Assembly (NCBI GenBank): GCA_016183235.1
Contig: JACPFA010000003.1
Location: forward strand, 39,560-103,559
Reading direction: 5' to 3'
DNA from: Deltaproteobacteria bacterium
GTDB taxonomy: Bacteria; UBA10199; DSSB01; JACPFA01
Length of the DNA: 64,000 nt
This document shows positions 24,458-32,986 of the stretch, one piece after another (the first letter of the stretch is position 1; each line of letters starts with the position of its first letter). A model generated the notes under the pieces. It ran no database searches, had not been told where the DNA came from, and was given only the letters and a program-made list of their open reading frames with translations. The position numbers and the translations under genes are program-made.

Positions 24458-24991
24458 TTACTGCTTGATTTTGTGTGGAGTAGGGTTTTCGCCGCGGGCT
24501 CGCGCTGCAGCTTTCTCTATCTTTATAGTTTCCCCTATTTGTTGTATAAATCTCGTAATACAGTCCGCCTGGGAAACTTCATTCCCACAAAGAGGGACTG
24601 GGGTCATACGATCAACCTGTGCTGCTACTACCGCTGCAGTTAAACCGACTAACAACTCGGATAAATCCCATTGGAATGCAGGGTCCCGTGATTTCATGTG
24701 TTCAAACGAAACCAAACTAGCAGCGGAGCGCCTCGACAAAAAATACTCTCTTTCTCCTAATGACTCTTCTAATTTAGCCCACTTTTCAGGATTGATAACT
24801 ATAGATCGTTGACTCAGACTCCTAATAGACTGGCGAGCCAAGTGTTCATAGTGAGCGATGGGAGGAGTTTTCGTATCTACTTTATAATCTTTTACCTGAC
24901 GATACACAGCTTTGGCCACCGTAGGCAAGCCACCGGTCAAAACTTCAACTGCCACTTTACCAACTTCACCAGCAATTTTTCCGAGTCCCAT
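24458..24991 (-). CDS. Hypothetical protein
   Basis: 177 aa. AGGAGG 4 nt upstream of the ATG. Confidence 0.55.
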   Translation of the reverse strand: MGLGKIAGEVGKVAVEVLTGGLPTVAKAVYRQVKDYKVDTKTPPIAHYEHLARQSIRSLSQRSIVINPEKWAKLEESLGEREYFLSRRSAASLVSFEHMKSRDPAFQWDLSELLVGLTAAVVAAQVDRMTPVPLCGNEVSQADCITRFIQQIGETIKIEKAAARARGENPTPHKIKQ

Positions 24992-25201
24992 AAAACCTCC
25001 TAAAATTGTTAAACCCCCATTTGGCTCTTATTATCGTCCCCATAACAATTTAGTTTCCAAAAAAATACATCTATTTTGAGTTTATTATAAATTTTTATAC
25101 ATAAAAATTAGCTAAACTTCCAATTTAATGAATATTTTCAGCGAAACCTAGACCTGGCTTTTGGCGATAATAGCTTAGAACTTTAAACTAAAGGGGGGCT
25201 G

Positions 25202-25483
25202 ATGGGTAAACCACCTAAAATTGATCAACGTTCTGAAGTAGCCGCTTGTTATTATCCTATTGCAAAGGGCGGGGCACCTGACTCACCCGACAAGGCGGCT
25301 TGTGAAGGAAAGATTAACAAGGCCGAAAAAGCCTATACTCAAAAAAATCCGGGTCACATTTGTAAAACCGAACGAACCCTTTTTACCAATAAAGCAGCCC
25401 CGAACATTATGTTAAGATTGCTTTGTGGTTTACCACCCGATCCATGGGGGATTGAACCAGTAGAACCGGAAGCCTTGCCTTAA
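25202..25483 (+). CDS. Hypothetical small Cys-containing protein
   Basis: 93 aa. AAGGGGGG Shine-Dalgarno sequence before the ATG. Confidence 0.5.
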   Translation: MGKPPKIDQRSEVAACYYPIAKGGAPDSPDKAACEGKINKAEKAYTQKNPGHICKTERTLFTNKAAPNIMLRLLCGLPPDPWGIEPVEPEALP

Positions 25484-25712
25484 CCCTTCTTCCATTTAAT
25501 AGAACAACCCATAGTAGGGAATTGTTCGGGGGAAGGTTTTTTGCCTAACAACATGGCATCGAGGGCCTCGCGTAGTTCTTGACGGGTTACTTTGGCAGGT
25601 TCTTTCCAATTGTTATCAATACGGCCAAAATATCTGGCGTGCAAACCGCCCCATAGCTACGTGCAACTGATTACGTTGCATCGACTAAATGGGGTGGGTA
25701 CCTAAAATTGAT
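25480..25712 (-). pseudogene. Relic 3' fragment of the thioredoxin-fold gene (duplicate of 27803-28030)
   Basis: 141 bp identical (25487-25627 = 27810-27950). Homology then continues in diverged form with an indel that shifts the frame. Confidence 0.85.
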
Positions 25713-25720
25713 CTTCAGTC

Positions 25721-26230
25721 TCAAAAGCCAGATGCCTGGTACAAGAGAGCTGCAAAGTCAAAATGATAAGAACTATAATAGGCTACCGTAGCAGCAGTGT
25801 ATGTAATGACCATGAGCTGCTGCCCTGCTACGTTTCTGGCGCACGTTTCCTGCCTTACCCCGTTTTTGTCTTGCATCGTGAAATTATACCAGGTCTTTTC
25901 CCTCATGGTAAATGTCTCGACTGCTGAGAGAGAGCTACCTTGGTGTTCGTAGCCAGGGTTCTTTAACACGCCTTGGCGCATGTCTTCCAAAAACTTCTTC
26001 GCGGATTTGGAAGTCGTATAGAGCTCGCCTCTAATCCACACTCGGTCGATTGCCTTATTGGCATCCATCATAAAAATATTAGACCTCCCCCCGCTTTCAT
26101 TCCAGGTCCAACCCGGCAGTAAGTTAATTTTCCCCTTGAGCTCAGCTATCGAAAATCCAAAGACTGAAGTAGTAAGCAGAATCGAGCTTGTAAAAAACAT
26201 GAGGCAAAGCAAAATATATTTTTTGAACAT
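25721..26230 (-). CDS. Hypothetical secreted protein
   Basis: Signal peptide MFKKYILLCLMFFTSSILLTTSVFG. AGGAGA Shine-Dalgarno sequence. Confidence 0.6.
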   Translation of the reverse strand: MFKKYILLCLMFFTSSILLTTSVFGFSIAELKGKINLLPGWTWNESGGRSNIFMMDANKAIDRVWIRGELYTTSKSAKKFLEDMRQGVLKNPGYEHQGSSLSAVETFTMREKTWYNFTMQDKNGVRQETCARNVAGQQLMVITYTAATVAYYSSYHFDFAALLYQASGF

Positions 26231-26362
26231 GGATTCTCCTGGTATTAACTCCACTCCTTCATATTCGGGGGGTATCCCAGATATGGACGAGAGTGAGATC
26301 GTTATTTATAAGCTAAATAAAAATGTGTCGCGCTGCCTTAATCCTCATTCTTTTCCTGTTTA

Positions 26363-27739
26363 TTACAAGGAAATGGCCTTCACCCTCTCCACCAAATAAA
26401 GTGGCCACGAAATAAGGGTAAAGGAGATTTCTTCTCCCCCATGGAAGGGACCCGTCAATTTATGTGAAACGGGTTGAATAGTGGGAAGATTTAAATCGAA
26501 CCGAAGGGTATTTTTGACCTGCTTTTGTCGCACAAATTGTTGAATTGATTTTAAGCTTCCACTTTTGCCTGCCTTTACCTCAATAGGGAGAATTTTTGAG
26601 GCAAGAGAAATGACAAAATCAAGTTCTGCATTGCCTAATTTGCTTTCTCTCAACCAATAAAAAAGTTCAGGGGCTTCTAAGCCTTTTGAACCATAAGCCA
26701 GATGCTGAGCAATAAACTGCTCTGCCAAATAACCTTCGTGCACCAGTTCTCTTAAATTGAGTTTTGAGATATCACTCCACTCCAACCCACATAAATAATT
26801 AAACAACCCAACATCTAAAAAATAGAGTTTATAAACTTTTTCATCACGCCCCACTTTCAAAGGTAAACCCGAACAATCGCTATGATAGCAAGGAAGAAGA
26901 AGTCTCGCTCTGGTTAACATTTCAATCGCCATTTTTACATCGACTGAGCGATCATCCGAAGAAAGCTTCGAGTATTTTACTTTTTGACCCACAATCTTTG
27001 GGAAAATATCAAGAATCTTTTGAAGAAGTAGATGAAATTTTTGAGAAGTATTATATTTCGAAAAATCATCTTGATAAGTTTGAAGGATAGACCGGTGTAC
27101 CGCCCGCGCTTCAAGGGGACTCAAAGTGTTTTGATAAACAGCCACGCTCTCAGGCATGCCCCCCACAAATAAAAATTCCCGTTGCCTCTCAAGCAACCGC
27201 GCATGGGCCATTTCAGGTATTTTCTCACCAAGTTGAAACCCTTGCAGGATTTTGACAAGCTGATCTTCACCTAAAGCCGATAAAAATTCACTGAAAGTTA
27301 AAGGCCCTACATGTAAATAATCAATCCTTCCCACTGGCATTGAAAAACTGTGTTTTTCCAAAATAAATTCCAGCAAAGACCCTGCGGCCACAACAGGCAA
27401 ATCCGGTTTTTCTTCATAAAAATAGCGCAAGGCAGGCAAGGCATGGGGAGTGGCCTGAATTTCATCTAAAAATAAAACCACATTGGGCAAAGCAAGCGAG
27501 AGATTGGCAAGCACCTCGAGTTCTCGCAAGATTCTGGGAATATCATTGCTTTGAAAGATAAGATCTAACCGTGGATGACGTTCGAGATTAATCTCAGCTA
27601 ATTTTAAATTCTGTTGACGGGCCCAGTTACGAACGAGGGTAGACTTCCCCACTTGCCTGGCCCCTCGTAAAACAAGCGGCTTTCTGGGCTTTTTTCGAAA
27701 CCATTCAGTAAGGGAATTTTCTAAGGTTCTTGCAATCAT
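26363..27739 (-). CDS. AAA+ ATPase with PD-(D/E)xK-like tail (COG1373 / DUF4143-like), second copy
   Basis: GARQVGKST, LFLDEIQ. C-terminal ELDFVI..LPIEVKAGKSG. Confidence 0.75.
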   Translation of the reverse strand: MIARTLENSLTEWFRKKPRKPLVLRGARQVGKSTLVRNWARQQNLKLAEINLERHPRLDLIFQSNDIPRILRELEVLANLSLALPNVVLFLDEIQATPHALPALRYFYEEKPDLPVVAAGSLLEFILEKHSFSMPVGRIDYLHVGPLTFSEFLSALGEDQLVKILQGFQLGEKIPEMAHARLLERQREFLFVGGMPESVAVYQNTLSPLEARAVHRSILQTYQDDFSKYNTSQKFHLLLQKILDIFPKIVGQKVKYSKLSSDDRSVDVKMAIEMLTRARLLLPCYHSDCSGLPLKVGRDEKVYKLYFLDVGLFNYLCGLEWSDISKLNLRELVHEGYLAEQFIAQHLAYGSKGLEAPELFYWLRESKLGNAELDFVISLASKILPIEVKAGKSGSLKSIQQFVRQKQVKNTLRFDLNLPTIQPVSHKLTGPFHGGEEISFTLISWPLYLVERVKAISL

Positions 27740-27767
27740 ATGCTAAAATATACCCTGATTTTAGCAT
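27740..27767 (-). promoter_or_regulatory. 10-bp inverted repeat and -10-like box immediately upstream of the ATPase ATG
   Basis: ATGCTAAAAT-8 nt-ATTTTAGCAT. On the coding strand TATATT lies 7 nt before the ATG (leaderless-like). Confidence 0.4.
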
Positions 27768-27802
27768 AAATTAAGATGAAATAAAGGTATTTTTTAGTAT
27801 AA

Positions 27803-28318
27803 TTAGGTTTTCTTCCATTTAATAGAACAACCCATAGTAGGGAATTGTTCGGGGGAAGGTTTTTTGCCTAACAACATGGCATCGAGGGCCTCGCGTAGTT
27901 CTTGACGGGTTACTTTGGCAGGTTCTTTCCAATTGTTATCAATACGGCCAGGGGTACAAACCGCCCCATAGCTACGGGCAACCGCTTGCGTTGCATCGAC
28001 CAAATAAGGAAACCCATAATTTTTATCGAGGGCCCGTTTTTTTAAGTTGGTGGGTTTGTCATCGGGGTAATCGGTGGGGTCATTGGCACAAATACCCACC
28101 AGTTGAACCGATTTGTCTTCGTAGTCTTTACGCAATTGAATGATGCGATCTTCGACGGCTTGCACATAGGGGCAATGCACACAAATAAACATAACCACTA
28201 AAATTTTCTTATCATCAAAACTTAAAAGATTATAAGTTTTGCCATCTAGAACGTTGGGCAAATTAAATTCAGGGGCTGGGCTACCTAGGGAAATGTTTTT
28301 TGAATTAAGCAGGACCAT
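27803..28318 (-). CDS. Thioredoxin-fold protein (AhpC/TSA-like)
   Basis: 171 aa. VMFICVHCPYV CxxC motif. Confidence 0.7.
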   Translation of the reverse strand: MVLLNSKNISLGSPAPEFNLPNVLDGKTYNLLSFDDKKILVVMFICVHCPYVQAVEDRIIQLRKDYEDKSVQLVGICANDPTDYPDDKPTNLKKRALDKNYGFPYLVDATQAVARSYGAVCTPGRIDNNWKEPAKVTRQELREALDAMLLGKKPSPEQFPTMGCSIKWKKT

Positions 28319-28338
28319 GGCAGGAAACTAACGCAAAT

Positions 28339-28468
28339 CTGGATCCCGGGTCAAGCCCGGGATGATGAGAGATGATGAAGATTGCCACACTCGGCATCAT
28401 GGGTCCCGTCCTCCGACTTGATCGGGGGATCAAGCCGGGGGATGACAGGAGCAGCTCGCAATGACATC
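28339..28468 (+). repeat. Composite B-type hairpins and arm
   Basis: CCCGGGTCAAGCCCGGG, then GAAGATTGCCACACT..GATCAAG..CTCGCAATGACAT. Translated on the opposite strand as the LipA tail. Confidence 0.85.
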
Positions 28469-29310
28469 GATAATTTACTCGCAGATACGTCGGCGTGGTA
28501 GGAACTGCGCACGAAGGTAGAGCTTGCTACTTCGGGGATGCCTATGTCTAAAGCCATTTGACGAATTTTTGCAAATTCTTGGGGGGAATAAAAACGTTCG
28601 ACCTTTAAATTTTGAGGGCCGGGTTGCAAGTATTGGCCCACTGTTAAAATAGAAATTTTCCCTTTTTGATATAAATCACATAAGGTTTGCTCGATCTCAT
28701 CAAAAGTTTCGCCTAATCCTACCATAATGCCACTCTTAGCGACCAATCCTGCTTCTGCTGCCAAGCTCAGTACTTTTAACGAACGTTCATAATGGGCCTG
28801 CGGGCGAACGTGTTTTTGCAACCGTGCGATAGTTTCAAGGTTGTGATTTAAAATATCTGGGCTGGCCGCAAACACGCGATTTAAATCTTCTCGCTGCCCT
28901 CTAAAATCAGGGATCAGCACCTCAAGCGTCATGTTAGGGCAGACCTTTTTAACTTCTTGGATGGTTTGAGCAAAGTGATGCGAACCACCATCAGGAAGGT
29001 CGTCACGATCGACGGAGGTAATCACCACATGTTGTAAATTTAATTGGGCCAAGGCTTGCGCAACATTTTGCGGTTCACAAATATCAAGGGGTTTGGGCCT
29101 GCCGGTGTTCACCGCACAAAATCCACAAGCGCGCGTGCAGGTGTCGCCCATAATCATTACGGTTGCGGTTTTGCGATCCCAACAATCCCCAATATTTGGG
29201 CACTGAGCTTCCTCGCATACGGTGTGTAAATTTAAATCGCGGAATAATTTTTTGAGGCCATGGTAATTAGCCCCTGAGGGAATTTTTGCTTTGAGCCAAG
29301 TGGGTTTCAT
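28351..29310 (-). CDS. lipA: Lipoyl synthase
   Basis: CEEAQCPNIGDCW and CTRACGFC clusters. The C-terminal ~40 aa (SMSLRAAPVIPRLDPP..) are repeat-encoded. Confidence 0.9.
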   Translation of the reverse strand: MKPTWLKAKIPSGANYHGLKKLFRDLNLHTVCEEAQCPNIGDCWDRKTATVMIMGDTCTRACGFCAVNTGRPKPLDICEPQNVAQALAQLNLQHVVITSVDRDDLPDGGSHHFAQTIQEVKKVCPNMTLEVLIPDFRGQREDLNRVFAASPDILNHNLETIARLQKHVRPQAHYERSLKVLSLAAEAGLVAKSGIMVGLGETFDEIEQTLCDLYQKGKISILTVGQYLQPGPQNLKVERFYSPQEFAKIRQMALDIGIPEVASSTFVRSSYHADVSASKLSMSLRAAPVIPRLDPPIKSEDGTHDAECGNLHHLSSSRA

Positions 29311-30614
29311 GATCCATTAATGGATTGCCCGATCAAGTCGGGCAATGACATAACTTCAATTTGTTTTTTCAGCGCGGTTAAAAACCGCAAGGCCTCACGC
29401 CCATCGGCCACACGATGATCAAATTGTAAATCGGCATTCATCATATAACGTGGGACGACCTTACCTTCAACTACAGCCGGCTTTTGCACCACACGATTAA
29501 AACCCAAAATGGCCACTTGGCCGGGCGGAATAATTTGCAAAATCTTATCACTACCCAGGGCACCAGGGTTATTCACCGTAAAAGTACCCCCAATCATTTC
29601 GTCAGGTTTTATTTTACGGGTGCGAGTGCGTTCAATGAGATCTTGAAACTTTTTCCAAAAATCAACGAAAGCATACCCTTGAGCTGATTTTAAAACCGGC
29701 ACCAGCAAACCTTGATCGCCGGCCACACTGATCCCCAAATTAACTTCGGTTAAAATTTGCACCTTTCCTTCCCCTGCATAAACGCTATTTAAATAGGGAT
29801 CTGTTTTTAAAATTTGCACGGCTGCATAAGAAAATGGAACAAACAAGGTTAACTTAACCCCATGTTTCTGTGAGGCTTGCACCTTTAACTTTTGATACTC
29901 TTCATACAAAGGGGTCAAGTCTATTTCAACGCCTGCACCCGCATGAGGAATATCGCGTTTGGATTTAGTAAGATTCTCGGCAATCCGCGCTCGGATGGCC
30001 TCCATTTTTGGATCTAACACCCCAGGGGTTGCTGAAGTGGAACGAAAGTTTTTTAAATCTTGCTCTGTAATCCTACCTTCGGGCCCGTGGCCTTTGATTT
30101 TGGCTAAATCTTTATCGGTAATATTGAGCTCACGAGCCACTTTTTTTAAATAGGGGCTCAAGAAAATCTTAGGTCGGCTAGTAGATGGCTCACTGCGAAG
30201 CGGAGTAACGTTTGATAAATTAGGGCTCACAGGTGCCGATTTACGTGGCGGCGGGGTGGCAAAGACAAAAGTATCAGCAGGAACATCCGAGCTTGGGGCT
30301 GAAGGAGTTGATTGGGCAGTTTCACCGCTTGCTGCAATAGCCACGCCCATTGTTACATAACGCTTACCTTCAGCTTCTTCGACCGAAAAGGCCGCAATCG
30401 GTGTACCAACAGCAACTTTTTGCCCACCCTTCACTAAAATTTTTTGTAATGTCCCTTTAAGGGGTGATTCGTATTCAAAGACGGCCTTTTCGGTTTCCAT
30501 TTCAAAGATAGGTTCTTTTTCTTCAACCGAATTGCCTTCGCTTTTAAGCCAATTGACAATCAACGCTTCCGTAATCGTTTCGCCCGGTTTGGGCATGACA
30601 AGTAGTAGATCCAT
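29307..30614 (-). CDS. Dihydrolipoamide acyltransferase (E2) of a 2-oxo-acid dehydrogenase complex
   Basis: Lipoyl domain (..EMETEKA..) and catalytic DHRVADG. The last ~14 aa (MSLPDLIGQSINGS) come from the repeat at 29311-29351. Confidence 0.9.
   Translation of the reverse strand: MDLLLVMPKPGETITEALIVNWLKSEGNSVEEKEPIFEMETEKAVFEYESPLKGTLQKILVKGGQKVAVGTPIAAFSVEEAEGKRYVTMGVAIAASGETAQSTPSAPSSDVPADTFVFATPPPRKSAPVSPNLSNVTPLRSEPSTSRPKIFLSPYLKKVARELNITDKDLAKIKGHGPEGRITEQDLKNFRSTSATPGVLDPKMEAIRARIAENLTKSKRDIPHAGAGVEIDLTPLYEEYQKLKVQASQKHGVKLTLFVPFSYAAVQILKTDPYLNSVYAGEGKVQILTEVNLGISVAGDQGLLVPVLKSAQGYAFVDFWKKFQDLIERTRTRKIKPDEMIGGTFTVNNPGALGSDKILQIIPPGQVAILGFNRVVQKPAVVEGKVVPRYMMNADLQFDHRVADGREALRFLTALKKQIEVMSLPDLIGQSINGS
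29311..29351. repeat. B-like hairpin inside the E2 3' end
   Basis: ATCCATTAATGGAT palindrome plus GCCCGATCAAGTCGGGC..AATGACAT. Confidence 0.75.
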
Positions 30615-30746
30615 AGTTCATAGTCTAAGCACAGTTTTTTTTTGACGGCTAGTTCAATTGAAGCCCCATCTCCCAACCCGCTAAATTGACGGGATTGATC
30701 GTGCAAGATTGTGCAATCCTTATTAAGATATTACTATTTATTTTTT

Positions 30747-30825
30747 ACCCATAAACATACCCATATATATCCATAAATATTGACTTTGTTTGAATATATG
30801 GTTATATATGGGTGCATTTATGGGT
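30747..30825 (+). promoter_or_regulatory. Fic promoter bracketed by a 21-bp imperfect inverted repeat
   Basis: ACCCATAAACATACCCATATA (30747-30767) and TATATGGGTGCATTTATGGGT (30805-30825). TTGACT (30780-30785), 17 nt, TATATA (30803-30808). Confidence 0.45.
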
Positions 30826-31875
30826 ATTAAAAAATTTCAACCTAAGATTTCGATTACTCCTCAAATCTTAAAACTCATTACTGAAATTGATGAATTTAAG
30901 GGTCAATGGACTACCTTAAAGCAACTTTCCCCTACTCAACTTCAAAGCTTGAAGACTGTTGCCACGATTGAATCTATTGGTTCTTCAACTCGCATTGAGG
31001 GTGCAAAATTAACTGATCAAGAAATTGAAAAACTTTTAAAAGGTTTGGAAATAAAAAGTTTTCGAACAAGAGATGAAGAAGAAGTGAGGGGTTATGCCGA
31101 AGTTATTCATACCATTATTGAATCTTATGAACATATTCCATTAACCGAAAGTTATCTCAAACAACTGCATGGTATTTTACTTAAATTTAGCTCCAAGGAT
31201 GTTCGTCATCGAGGAGAATATAAAAAATTTCCTAACCATGTAGAAGCTTTTGATCAAAATGGAAAAAGTATAGGAGTTATTTTTAAAACTGTTTCTCCTT
31301 TTGAGACCCCTCAACGGATGCAAGAATTGTTCGAATGGATTAATAGAAGTTTTGAAGAAAAATTATTGCATCCACTTTTAGTTATCGCGGTTTTTATCGT
31401 TAATTTTTTAGCGATTCACCCTTTTCAAGATGGAAATGGCCGCATCTCAAGAATTCTTACGAGTTTGCTATTGCTTAAACATGGCTATCACTATGTCCCT
31501 TTTAGTTCTTTGGAACATATCATTGAAGAAAATAAAGAAAATTACTACTTAGCCTTACACAACTCTCAAAAAGAATTAGGCAATGAAAACGAAAATTTAG
31601 AAAGTTGGCTATTATTTTTTATTAATTCTTTGAAGGCACAGAAAGATGTTTTACTCAAAAAAATTGAACAAGAAAAAATCTTCTTAAAAACCCCTTTGCT
31701 CTCTCAACAAATTCTTACCCTAGTGAAAGAACATGGTCGAATAACGAATGCAGCAATTCAAAATTTTACTAATGCAAATCGAAACACCATTAAGGTCCAT
31801 TTACAAAAATTAGTTTCCGATGGAATTTTAATTCAACACGGCAAAGGCAAAGGTTCTTGGTATAGTTTAGCTTAG
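30820..31875 (+). CDS. Fic-family protein with an N-terminal inhibitory motif and a C-terminal wHTH
   Basis: HPFQDGNGRISR, STRIEG ((S/T)xxxE(G/N)). Start chosen at the ATG downstream of the -10 box. The tracked ORF starts at a TTG at 30790. Confidence 0.8.
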   Translation: MGIKKFQPKISITPQILKLITEIDEFKGQWTTLKQLSPTQLQSLKTVATIESIGSSTRIEGAKLTDQEIEKLLKGLEIKSFRTRDEEEVRGYAEVIHTIIESYEHIPLTESYLKQLHGILLKFSSKDVRHRGEYKKFPNHVEAFDQNGKSIGVIFKTVSPFETPQRMQELFEWINRSFEEKLLHPLLVIAVFIVNFLAIHPFQDGNGRISRILTSLLLLKHGYHYVPFSSLEHIIEENKENYYLALHNSQKELGNENENLESWLLFFINSLKAQKDVLLKKIEQEKIFLKTPLLSQQILTLVKEHGRITNAAIQNFTNANRNTIKVHLQKLVSDGILIQHGKGKGSWYSLA

Positions 31876-31876
31876 T

Positions 31877-32851
31877 TCAATACTTCATCACCCGATCAAT
31901 CGCTGCTAAAACTTTTTCTACGCTGGGTAGATAGGCGTCTTCTAGGGCAGGTGCAGCCGGGACTGGGCAGAACTCCGCGCCTACTCTTAAAAGGGGCGCG
32001 GCTAAATCTTCAAAACAATTTTCCATGAGGAGGCTCGCAATATCACCGCCCACCCCTCCCCGCTTGACCGCTTCGTGCAACAAAATGGCGCGGTGGGTCT
32101 TGGCCAGCGAGGTCTTGAGGGTTGCCTCATCGAGGGGCGTCAAAGTGCGTAGGTCGATCACTTCGACAGATATGCCCTGTTTGCTTGCCTCTTGACTTGC
32201 TTCTAGGCCTAGGCCCACCATAGCACCATAAGTGACCAGGGTAAGGTCACTACCTGCACGAACGGTCCTTGCAAATCCTAAAGGAATTTCGAAATATTCT
32301 TCTTCCACTTCTTCTTTCACGGTGTAGTAGAGTTTTTTTTGTTCCAAAAATAATACGGGGTCAGGGTCTTTAATCGCGGCTAGCAGCATGCCCTTGGCAT
32401 CGCGCGGAGTGGAGGGAACGACAATTTTTAAACCTGGCACATGATAAAACCAGGCTTCTAAACATTTAGAATGAAAATTCCCGATGCGCATGCCCCCACC
32501 TGAAGGCATTCGAATGACCAGCGGCAAGGAAGCGTTGTTGCGATAATGATAATTGGCGGCCACATCAATCAAAGGGCTCATGGCCGTGGTGATGAAATCA
32601 GAAAATTGAATTTCAGCGACCGGTTTTAAACCATAAAGGGCCGCCCCAATGGCCTCACCGATAATCGCCCCCTCGGATAGGGGTGTATTCTTCACCCGTT
32701 TGGGCCCAAACTTTTCGTAAAGGCCCTTGGTGATCCCAAACACACCGCCAAATTTTGCCACATCCTCGCCAAAGACGTAAACATCGTCGTCAGCGGCCAT
32801 GGCGGTAAAGAGGGCTTGGCGTATTGCCCCGCCGTAGGTCATTTCGACCAT
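31877..32851 (-). CDS. 2-oxo-acid dehydrogenase E1 beta subunit
   Basis: 324 aa with a typical transketolase-like pyrimidine-binding and C-terminal domain sequence. Confidence 0.9.
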   Translation of the reverse strand: MVEMTYGGAIRQALFTAMAADDDVYVFGEDVAKFGGVFGITKGLYEKFGPKRVKNTPLSEGAIIGEAIGAALYGLKPVAEIQFSDFITTAMSPLIDVAANYHYRNNASLPLVIRMPSGGGMRIGNFHSKCLEAWFYHVPGLKIVVPSTPRDAKGMLLAAIKDPDPVLFLEQKKLYYTVKEEVEEEYFEIPLGFARTVRAGSDLTLVTYGAMVGLGLEASQEASKQGISVEVIDLRTLTPLDEATLKTSLAKTHRAILLHEAVKRGGVGGDIASLLMENCFEDLAAPLLRVGAEFCPVPAAPALEDAYLPSVEKVLAAIDRVMKY

Positions 32852-32867
32852 TATTTTCCTCCGCGGT

Positions 32868-32986
32868 GACGTCCCAGAATGTTCATCTGCTGCGTTGCCC
32901 TCGTCGGCTCTCCCTGCGGCGTACTCGCTAGTACGCCTCAGTCGGCCTCCTCGGGCTGCCTTGCATCTAAAGCATTCTGGAACGTC
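32868..32986. repeat. H-type palindromic element between E1alpha and E1beta
   Basis: GACGTCCCAGAATG / CATTCTGGAACGTC stems, central GCGTACTCGCTAGTACGC. Contains the E1alpha stop codon. Confidence 0.8.

Noticed and set aside
25092-25104. A 13-mer shared between the upstream regions of 24458-24991 and 12130-14514 as proof of a three-gene regulon
   Set aside because: It is a single AT-rich 13-mer in AT-rich intergenic DNA and could be chance. Only the two-gene 95-bp block is treated as solid.
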